DNA of 64,000 nucleotides from Macrostomum lignano (Eukaryota): NCBI GenBank assembly GCA_002269645.1, contig NIVC01003841.1, positions 1 to 64,000 of the forward strand, read 5' to 3'. Shown piece by piece: positions 1 to 8,700 of this stretch (position 1 is its first letter; each line of letters starts with the position of its first letter). The notes under the pieces were generated by a model. It saw only the letters and a program-made list of their open reading frames with translations, ran no database searches and was not told where the DNA came from. The position numbers and the translations under genes were made by a program.

Positions 1-759
1 CTCGTAGGCGATCTCGAGCTGTGCGCCCCTCATGATCAAGCGCTGCATGGCCAGCAAGAAGTTGATCACGTGGCGTCGGTGGTTCTGGTGTAGTGGACCA
101 CAGCGGCAGCGAGGTTCTCGGCGATCACGAAGTCCTTCTCTACGATGCTGGTACAGCTTCAGCGGAGCGAGCGGTTATGCTGGAATGCAGCGATGAACTG
201 GCGTTTCAGCACCTCGCGGGAGCTCTCAGGTGCCGCCACGTAATTGTTGAGGATTGAGCTGGCCGCGATGATGAAGGTCTCGTAGTTCGCGTACATCACT
301 CGCGTTGTTCGCCACTCGATAAGTCTCTTGACGTCATCGAGCTGCAGCGAAATGCTGTCCAACTTTGCGTGAACCTGGGCGAACTGCTCACGAAGGAACT
401 TCATCTCGGCCGACTCGGTGCCTTGCAGGTGTTGAATTAGGTCGATGACGGATGTGACAAATGTAAAGACTTTGGAGACGACTTCTGCAACCTGGGTGAC
501 GTTGCCGTTTACCTTTTCAAAGATTTAGAGTTGAAAAACTCGATGAACTCTTTTGTGGCCTCAAGAGAGTCCTTTGCGGTGTCGAGGTCTCGACTGTTCG
601 TTGCCTGAGCAAAAACATCAACACCTGTATCCTCGGTTCGGATCTCGATGTCTCCAGCAGCTTCCTTTGTAATGCCACCATCACTTGCAGCTTCCAGAAG
701 GCCCGTGCCATCTGTGCAGCGGCGCACATGCTGAGCAGACAAATAAGAAGTATTCTCAT
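1..759 (-). pseudogene. Secreted cephalotoxin-like / rapunzel-like protein, frameshifted, continues off the left edge
   Basis: ATG at 759 opens a signal-peptide-like MRILLICLLSMCAAAQMARA; stitching frames gives ...TESAEMKFLREQFAQVHAKLDSISLQLDDVKRLIEW...YANYETFI...APLKLYQSIV...NHRRHVINFLLAMQRLIMRGAQLEIAYE, resembling by eye the SAE.K(F/Y).(R/K)EQF..V..KLD.I helical region of rapunzel/SE-cephalotoxin-like proteins. At least 4 frame changes (near 700, 512, 165, 85); pseudogene vs sequencing error unresolved. Confidence 0.55.
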
Positions 760-1461
760 TTTCCCTTTTGACTTAACCTGGTTGGATTGCGAATCCACTT
801 TTTTACAGTCGAAGCTTTTATAGTGGAAATATTGATTTGAAAAGTTATCATTATTTTTTTCTTATCAGCTTGTCGTGCGCCTTTAGTGTGATTCCTTCTG
901 GGCTTTTCTAGCGCTCCTTCTGTGCGAGTTCCTATACTGTAAGAGATAAACGAATCTTCCTTGCCTAATACATGTATCTGTAAATCCTAGGCTGCAGTCC
1001 TAGCTTGCTGCAGGTTCTTCGATAAGTGGTTCGACCTAGCCATGCCATTATTTAATTCTATTTTATTAGTCTGCCTTTAATCTGATTTCAGCAAAGCTTT
1101 TTTGGCTAAATTATGAATTAACTTGTTAAAAATCATGGGTTACGATTATTTATCATATGTACAGTCTTCATCAAGGGAGAAGCGGCGTGGAGCTAAGACG
1201 ACCCCAGCACAGTGGTCTCAACTCCAGTGTTCTTCAGAGCGAGGTGCCTGCCTATCAGCTTCTGTGCGGCAGATACGCGTCGAAGGCAGCTGCTCAGCGA
1301 TCGAAAAGTTATTTTTCACTTTTTTTTCACTTTTTCAGGATAGCCTAGGCAATTCAACCCTAATTCGGTCCCTTTCTGTCGTAGAACCGACTCCAAACCT
1401 GCAGTCCTGGAATGCAAGGCCCAGCTTGTGGCTCAATATCTTTATTCTGAAATCGTGTTTC

Positions 1462-1706
1462 TGTATTGGATTTGGAGTGCCTGCGTACCGACCCTCTGCT
1501 ATGTGTAGCGTCGCCAGTGTACACTTGGCGGTCCCCGTCTCAGAGTGTGTTGGGGTGGGGTTGATGTGCGTGAGGCGTTGTTGAGTCAGAGAGTTGGAGA
1601 GAGAGAACATTGATTTAATTTAATATATATGCAATAATTTAGCCACAGGGCTCATTTACCTGTTTTTTGTTAAAGTCTAACCCTCAGATTTTATTAGACT
1701 TAATTA
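1462..1706 (+). repeat. 5' LTR, left part (remaining 11 nt at 5703-5713)
   Basis: Matches 11577-11821 base for base by eye; 245 + 11 nt = 256 nt, same as the 3' LTR. Confidence 0.95.
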
Positions 1707-1773
1707 GCGGAACGGCCGGAGGGCAAGGATTGGAGAGCACGAGCAAAACATCCCAAAAACCCGGACAAAGGGA

Positions 1774-2785
1774 TTAAAAAGTAGGGTAGACGGCGACGGG
1801 GCGAGTCAGGCGAGCGCTAGGAGGTGCCGACAGCACACGGTTGACCATTGGGCGCAGGAGACGGAGGCAACCTCCCGACTGCGGCAGGTAGCGTGAAACG
1901 GCGCCGCTGCGCCAGCCGCCCAGCCGCTTGATCTGCTCCACGTCGAGGCCGCTGTCGAACGCCAGACAGGCGCCACCCCGTCGTAGAGAGTGGCCTGAGA
2001 AAGCTGTCGCCGCCCAACCCGCATCTGTCAGAGCCCGAGCGAGGCGGCGGTCGAATTGACGCGATGACATCGGGCACCAGCTTCCGGCGATGTGGACGCA
2101 AAACAGCCGAGTGAGCGCCGGCGCAGACCGCAGCTTGTTAGTCTGAAAATGCCGCCGCAGGGCTTGGACAGGGCATAGTGGGTGGCTTCCGAGCGCTGGC
2201 AGCACCGCCTCCTGGTAGTCTTGTCCGCATTGGTTGGTCTTCGACTGTCGAACTCGGAGTCTCCAGCACTGACTATCGGCCTGAGTGTCGCCGACGAGAA
2301 TGGAGTGGCGCCCGCAGACATTTGCTTTCCTGAGAAGCGCCAGAAGCAGCAGAGCACGGCGGCCCAAAAGGCGGCGTCTGCAGGGTCTCTTGGGTTCACC
2401 TGGTTTGCCAGTGAAAGCAGAACAGCCGGGGTGATGGGGTCTTTCTGCTTGACTGAATGGCCGCTTGTCCGTTTGGCGCTCTTGACTGCCAGATCGATCA
2501 GGCCGGACTTGGTGATGTCGGGGAGTAGCGCCAGCTTGAAGCTCCAGCTGATGGCCGCCAGGTGTCCACCGAGGCTACCGGGTGCCACGCCGCGCTTAGC
2601 CAGGCGTCGCACATACTCGACCAAGTGCACCGGGGACGCCGCTAGTGGCTGAACACCTTCGAGGTTGCAGAAGCGCTGCCACTGTTCGAGGTTTGAAGCG
2701 TACGATGCCCTCGTACTAGGAGCCCAGGCGTCGGCGAGAAAGCGAAGGAGCGGCCCGGGTAGGCGGGAGGCAGGAGGCGCCGGAC
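1774..2785 (-). CDS. Tyrosine recombinase (ORF3), one frameshift near 2341
   Basis: AWAPSTRASYASNLEQWQRFC N-terminal helix region; catalytic set LLRKAN (R), SKTNQ (K), HSLRRGG (HxxR), GGWRS (W), SRY (Y). Adding one G to a GG run at about 2341 joins ORFs 2028-2630 and 1774-2367. Confidence 0.9.
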
Positions 2786-4594
2786 CTGCAAAAGCAAAAG
2801 GGAGGCGGAGGCAGGGCAGAGTGCGTGGCGCGAGATGCAGCAGGATTCAGCAGCTAAATCATGCAGGCTACGGTAGAAGCGGAGAAAGAAATTCTGCGCC
2901 CCGCTTCTAGAAGCAAGGCGAGAGGCCGGGTCCGCCAGGACCTGGAAGGCGCCCGGAACGTGAAAGGCCCGCAGCCGCAGACCCCACGCGTCGCAGGCAA
3001 GCGACAGCGTGTGCAGGAGCCGGTTGACGTCGTTACATGGCGAGCTGAGCTTGTTCAGCGCACCGACAGCCGCTGAGCTGTCGCTGTACACGACGATGTC
3101 CGCACCGGCGAAGCGGCCCGGGGCCGCGAGGATGCTGAGGACAGGCGTGATGGTCTCCTTAACGTTGATGTGGGCCGAAGCAAAACGGCCACCAGCGTCG
3201 TTCTTCCAGTTGATGTAGAGCCAGTCGGATTTATTGGCCTCCCGAACAATGCAGGCACCACCCGAGTTGCAGGCGTCAGTCTCGATGACGATCTTTCGAG
3301 CGTAGCGAGGCCAGATGGGCGCGCAGCCAACGGACTGAAGGCTTCTCCTCCACCAGTGCAGCAGCTCAGTGAGGTGCGGGGTCAGCCGCAATTTGTCCCC
3401 AGGTCTAGTCGCCCGGCTCGCCAGCATCAGTAGAGGGCGGATGGAAGCTCGGCCTTTCCTGGTCACGCTGCTCACCCAGGACAGCTTGCCGCAGATCCGC
3501 TGAAGGTCGCGCTTGCTGATGGCACCGCGTCGATGCAAGCAGCTCCCAAGTGCGTCTTCGAGTGCACTGAGCTTGGCCACTGGGATGCTCAGCATCCCCG
3601 ACTCTGTGTCAATCAGGACGCCCAGGAAAACCGTGCGCCGCGACGGCCCGCTAGACTTCTTTTCGTTGATGGTGAAACCGAGGCTCGTCGCCAGGCTCCT
3701 CAAGCTCTCGTAAGCCTCGACACAGGACTCGTAGGTGCTCCCGGCCACAGCGAAGTCGTCGAGGTAGCCAACGCAGGTGAACTCGCGCCGTTGCATCATG
3801 CGCACCACCGCCTTAGACAGCCTGTTGAAATGGTACACCGAGGCCGCAGCGCCGAAGCTCAGCCGGGTGTCGACCAGGTAGGTAGGCTCGCTGTCGCCGC
3901 TAAATTGCCATTTGATTCCCAGAGCGTCGAGAGAAGAAGGATGAACACCTACAGAGCGATACGCCTCCTTGAGATCGATCTTGGCCGTGAAGTCACCGGG
4001 CTTGAGTTGTGAGCAGAGGCCGCTAACCGTTTCAAACTTAATCTTGTGGTCTGCGATAAAGTGGTCGTTGACCGCACAGCCTTCCGGACGACTGCAGTCG
4101 TGGATGATACGGACTCCACCGTCCTCTTTCGGGATGGCACCAAGCGCGGAGATCTTGCACGGACGTCGGCTGACTGACACATACCGCCCGCTGGCGATCT
4201 CACGCTGCAATTGCTCTTCAACCAGCGTCTTGTACTCACTGGCGGACGAGTAGTTCTCAACTTCGGAAGGCTTAAAATCTGTTTCAGTAGTGAGCGCGAA
4301 GCCGTTTTGGACTCCGTCAATTAAAAAAGGCCCATCGGGGTCGCCGTCTAGCTCCTTCGCCCAGGCATTTGCGTCAAGGGAGCCACTCGGATTGAAATTG
4401 ATGTCGCGAATGGAGTAAAAACTTGGGATTAAAATTTGCGGCTGCCAGCTTGCCGGGGCCACTGGAGCCGCGGCTATTCGTTTTTTGCCGCGTGTTGCGT
4501 CTCGCCGTGGTCCGAGCGCAAGCAGACCCGGCACGCATGAGTGTACTTGCAATTCTGGAACTTGCAGCCACCACGGGTATTGAACTTGAGGCAC
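2642..4594 (-). CDS. YR-retrotransposon reverse transcriptase / RNase H (ORF2)
   Basis: 650-codon open frame; GAIPKEDGGVRIIHDCSRP, KIDLKEAY, DTRLSFG, YLDD; RNase H ETDAC, HINVKE, YSDS, HVPG...ADPASR. No AUG before the RT core. Confidence 0.93.
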   Translation of the reverse strand: MPQVQYPWWLQVPELQVHSCVPGLLALGPRRDATRGKKRIAAAPVAPASWQPQILIPSFYSIRDINFNPSGSLDANAWAKELDGDPDGPFLIDGVQNGFALTTETDFKPSEVENYSSASEYKTLVEEQLQREIASGRYVSVSRRPCKISALGAIPKEDGGVRIIHDCSRPEGCAVNDHFIADHKIKFETVSGLCSQLKPGDFTAKIDLKEAYRSVGVHPSSLDALGIKWQFSGDSEPTYLVDTRLSFGAAASVYHFNRLSKAVVRMMQRREFTCVGYLDDFAVAGSTYESCVEAYESLRSLATSLGFTINEKKSSGPSRRTVFLGVLIDTESGMLSIPVAKLSALEDALGSCLHRRGAISKRDLQRICGKLSWVSSVTRKGRASIRPLLMLASRATRPGDKLRLTPHLTELLHWWRRSLQSVGCAPIWPRYARKIVIETDACNSGGACIVREANKSDWLYINWKNDAGGRFASAHINVKETITPVLSILAAPGRFAGADIVVYSDSSAAVGALNKLSSPCNDVNRLLHTLSLACDAWGLRLRAFHVPGAFQVLADPASRLASRSGAQNFFLRFYRSLHDLAAESCCISRHALCPASASLLLLQVRRLLPPAYPGRSFAFSPTPGLLVRGHRTLQTSNSGSASATSKVFSH

Positions 4595-5466
4595 ACGGGC
4601 GCACCTTGGATCACCGGAATCTTCCTATCCATGCGAGAACGGGCATGTTGTGGAGTCTGCTGCGGGGCGATGAGGTGCCGTGCCACCAGCGAGAAACTCG
4701 GTCGCGCCCAGTCTTGCATGCCCGCCTGCTGCTCTCTTCTAAATGCGTCGTCGAACCGCATGATCCTGGTGGTGTCGTAACCTGCCTCGACTAGCTCACC
4801 GATCTGCACATTGTACTGCAAGTACTGCCGAACGCCTTCCAGGTCGAGCTGTCCCCTAGAGATCAGGGCGTCGAGGATGCGCGCGTTGCCGACTATCCAC
4901 TGACCGATTCCCAGCGATTCGGGTTTAGGCTGATTGGCGGTTGGATGCAGCATCTTTTCCCTACGACTCGCCGACGCCGTCCGAGGGTCGAAACCGCAGA
5001 AATCCGCAACGACGAGTGGTGCCGCCCGTAGCCCTAGTTGAGCTACTGAGGGTTCGAGCCTGGTCTCGAACCCGGGACCTCTGAGCATACTTGGGATATT
5101 CATGTCGCTACTACAATCAGAGGGCTCATTAAGAAGCTGTTGGTCCACCTCACCTGGTCTAAATCGGCCTTCCAGCTGCTGGCGCATTGCTGCCGTCTCC
5201 GATTCCAGGCTAGCTATCTTCCGCCGGAGCTCTGCTAGGTCCAGCGCCTCCCCTGCCTCCAGCCGTTGTTGCTGCTGCTGCCGCCGACCTTCGCTGTCGG
5301 TTTCCGCGGAGTTTGACGCCGCTTGTTCCCGCCGACTAGCTGCTTCGCTCTGGTTCATCGCAGTGGAGAGTCTGCTGACCAGGTCTTTCTTGTAGCCGTG
5401 CGTGCTCAGGCCCCTATCACTCAATTCTTCACGTAGCTGATTTACAGTCATCCTACGCAAACTCAT
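4474..5466 (-). CDS. YR-retrotransposon Gag (ORF1) with N-terminal SAP domain, coiled coil and C-terminal Cys/His fingers
   Basis: 330 aa; MTVNQLREELSDRGLSTHGYKKDLVSRL fits SAP consensus; C-terminal CLKFNTRGGCKFQNCKYTHACRVCLRSDHGETQH. Confidence 0.85.
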   Translation of the reverse strand: MSLRRMTVNQLREELSDRGLSTHGYKKDLVSRLSTAMNQSEAASRREQAASNSAETDSEGRRQQQQQRLEAGEALDLAELRRKIASLESETAAMRQQLEGRFRPGEVDQQLLNEPSDCSSDMNIPSMLRGPGFETRLEPSVAQLGLRAAPLVVADFCGFDPRTASASRREKMLHPTANQPKPESLGIGQWIVGNARILDALISRGQLDLEGVRQYLQYNVQIGELVEAGYDTTRIMRFDDAFRREQQAGMQDWARPSFSLVARHLIAPQQTPQHARSRMDRKIPVIQGAPVCLKFNTRGGCKFQNCKYTHACRVCLRSDHGETQHAAKNE

Positions 5467-5713
5467 AGTACCCAGAGTAAGTTGAGTAATTAAGTTGGGC
5501 TAGCCAAAAATCGCAAAAAACGCATGCAAGCTGGCGAGGAGAGATAGGCTGAGGCGGGCACAACGCACGGGGCTAAAAAGGCCCACAGACACCCAGCCCC
5601 GCCCCGGGGCGGCGCACCCACCCCGGGCCAAGCACCCCCAAACACGGGCGACGACAAGCCCCCGGCCCCGCTAACAGCGATTGGCCAGCCAATCTACACT
5701 TATTTCTTTAACA

Positions 5714-5725
5714 TGGCGCCCGAAC
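5714..5725 (+). promoter_or_regulatory. Primer binding site complementary to tRNA-Lys 3' end
   Basis: TGGCGCCCGAAC directly after the LTR-terminal CA; same 12 nt as the known tRNA-Lys(UUU) PBS. Confidence 0.85.
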
Positions 5726-5768
5726 CAAAATCACAGTAAAATCAAGCAGTGAGCGCAAGAGTGCTACA

Positions 5769-8700
5769 GTGACTCAGCGATTTATCAACAACAGCATGGA
5801 CTCCAGGAAAAGAGGCGTGTTACGAGCGACGGTCACCAGACTGGCACAGAAAGCCGAAGACCTGCTCAAAACAGATGCTGCTGAAGATGAAATCGACAGC
5901 GTTCTAGAGGCTCTACGGTTCAAGAAGCAGCAGCTCCAAGCAGCAGATGAAGAGCTCGCCGCGGAGGTTGACGAGAAGGACGTGCAGGCTGAAGCAGAGA
6001 CGACAATGGAGTACGACCTGCTGGCTGGCAAATTGATCTCAAACCTCACCAGACGGCTCCAGGAGCTTCAGACCGCGCGGACCGGCACGCCGCAGGCAAC
6101 AAACATGCTGCAGCCATACAGACGACGACTTCGTCCAAGTCTTCGGAAGAGAATTCTTCAACGACAAGGACTCAGACTGCCATCAGGTTGCCAAAACTGC
6201 CGCCACCGTCATTCAGTGGCGATCGGACCCAATGGACGGAATTCTGGGACCGCTTCAACTCCAGTATCCATGACAACCCGAGCCTGAGTGTCGTCGACAA
6301 ATTCAGCTACCTGCAGTCGTGTCTGTCTGGGAAGCCCGAAACTCGATCGCTGGTCTCAACATCACGAAGGACAACTACCATATCGCCATCGACAACCTGC
6401 AACGACGATTTGGATCCCGCAACGGAGCCGTGCGCGAGCACCTGGCAAAGTTCTCGGTGCTGACCTGCTCCAGTTCGTCGGCACAGCACCTGAGGAATTT
6501 CTACGACCAAGTCAATGGAAATGTCCGCAGTCTGACGAATCTCGGGGTGAGTGTCGAATCTTACGAATCCATGTTGCTGCCCAACTTGCTGGCGAAGCTG
6601 CCGGAAGTCGTTCGTCTCGGGATGCTGAGAACTGCTCGGATTGCTTCCGTCGGTTATTCCTTTGGTAGCAGCTTGTCGCAGATGAGGGATGGCAATGGCT
6701 TAGATTCTGTGACGGAGTTTCTGCAGGTCTTGGAAATGGAGATTTTAGTCCGGGAGGAGGCGGCCTTGGAGCTGCAGGGCAGACGTCCGGTTCCAATGGA
6801 GCGTCCAAGACTGCTGGTGAGAAACAGACAAGGGATGGCGGCACAGTGGCTGCGCTTCACACGAAGGTCAAAAAGGTCAGCACGGCTTGTCCCTTCTGCG
6901 AAACTGAACATGCTCCAGAGAAGTGCACTCGCCTGGTAGACGTTGCGGCACGACTCCAGTTTTTGAAGGAGCAGAGGCGTTGCTTCAGCTGTCTCTGCAA
7001 GGGACACAGCGTCAAGACCTGCTACCACAAGAAGCAATGTGAATTCTGCCAGATGAAGCATCACCCAAGTCTCTGTAGCGCACGCATGGAGAAGCTGCAG
7101 GGTAAGGATGGACCGAAGGCACCCGGCTCCACACTTGGAAAGGTGGGAGAAGACCGGAAGAAGTCCGAGCAGGCTGCTGCACAGAATGTGAAGAGTCAAG
7201 AAGTGAAGACCATGGCTATGGTGACAAAAGCTCAAACAGTGATCCTTCCAACAGCGGGAGCTGTACTGATTTCGACTGTTAACAATCAGGAGACTCCGGT
7301 GCGAATTCTCTTTGACTCTGCAAGCAACCGTTCGTTCATCTTGACCAGCTTGGCTGAGAAGATGGGGCTCCAGGTCATGGGCAGAGAGACGATGGAGGTG
7401 ACAACATTCGGTGGCACAGAGGCCAAGGTGCTGCAGACTGCGATGGTCGAGTTCAAGCTTCGGAAATCTGACAGCACCGCCCAGTTCACAGTGCGCGCCA
7501 ACACAGTGCCTTACATCTGCTCTCATCAGCCAGTTGTCAGCAGCTTGTGCATGAAGCACTTTCAACACCTCGACATGGCAGACTGGGACATCGGTGGTGA
7601 ACAGAATCCCGAGATCAGTATCCTCATCGGAGCTGACCAATTCTACGACCTCATCACAGGTCAAGTGATTCGCTCAGAGGTCGGCTCCGGTCCAGTTGCC
7701 GTATCCAGTCAGCTCGGTTGGTTGCTGTGCGGGTCACTGTCAGATGGGATCGCCGCAAGTGAGCTAGAGACCAGGTCAGAGCAGGTTCTTCTCTGCTGTG
7801 CTCAAGGAGCGGAGAAAGGTCTGGACAGCAGCACCATCGAGGCGTTCTGGACTTTAGAAGGTCTCGGCATCAGAAGTGCAGCCGAGCCTGATCAGCGTCC
7901 ACTGACTCTGAATGCCCAGTTCCAAGAGGGTCGCTACTCAGTTCAGCTGCCGTGGAAGATTCCCAAAAAGGAATTAAGATTGCCCGACAACTTCGAGGTA
8001 GCGTTCAAGAGACTAAAGACAATCTGACGAGGCTGCGTCGTGAGCCTGCGCTACTTCAGGAGTACCACCGCATTCTGACCAGTCAGAAGGAAGCTGGCGT
8101 AGTCGAAGAAGCTCCAGATGGGACCAGCGATCTCATCCACTACCTACCCCACCGAGCCGTAATCCGTCCTGAAGCTGAATCGACCAAAGTTCGAGTGGTT
8201 TTCGACGCGAGTGCCAAGCGAGATCAGTGCAGTCCATCGCTGAATGACTGTCTGGAAACAGGAACCTGTTCGTTGGCCGAGATTCCGCGACTGCTTCAGG
8301 CCTTTCACTTCATCCGATCGCCTTGACTGCCGATATTGAGAAGGCTTTTTTGCAGATCCGAATTGCAGAAGACGATCGCGATGCTCTACGATTCCTCTGG
8401 CCACGGGATCCCAGTCAAGCTGATTCACCTCTCGTTGTTCTGCGCTACGCTGCTCTGGTGTTCGGACTCACCTGCTCACCTGCCGTCCTGGAGACTGTCA
8501 TTCAACACCACTTGGCATCTCACCGAGGCCAGCATGCAGAGTTCGTGGATAAGGTGTCCAAAGAAATCTATGTGGACAACCTGATCTCTGGGTGCGTGGA
8601 TGAACAGCAGGCCCTGGATCTCATCCAAAAATCCCGGCACATATTCCAACAGGCTGGAATGAATCTGCGACACTGGCAGTCCAACAGCAAGAATGTATTG

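Larger units (their letters stand above)
1704..5702 (-). mobile_element. Tyrosine-recombinase retrotransposon (Ngaro/DIRS group) inserted antisense into the BEL 5' LTR
   Basis: gag, RT/RNase H and YR ORFs in order on minus strand; boundaries fixed by the interrupted LTR; TTA trinucleotide present at both junctions (1704-1706, 5700-5702) where the intact LTR has one copy; no methyltransferase ORF. Confidence 0.93.

Noticed and set aside
485-512. Tiny intron explaining the frame change in the cephalotoxin-like gene
   Set aside because: GT at the AAG|GTAAAC site with nearby AGs gives 21 or 28 nt and does not restore the frame.
1123-1584. 153-aa ORF running into the LTR
   Set aside because: Crosses the insertion junction, no motifs; chance ORF.
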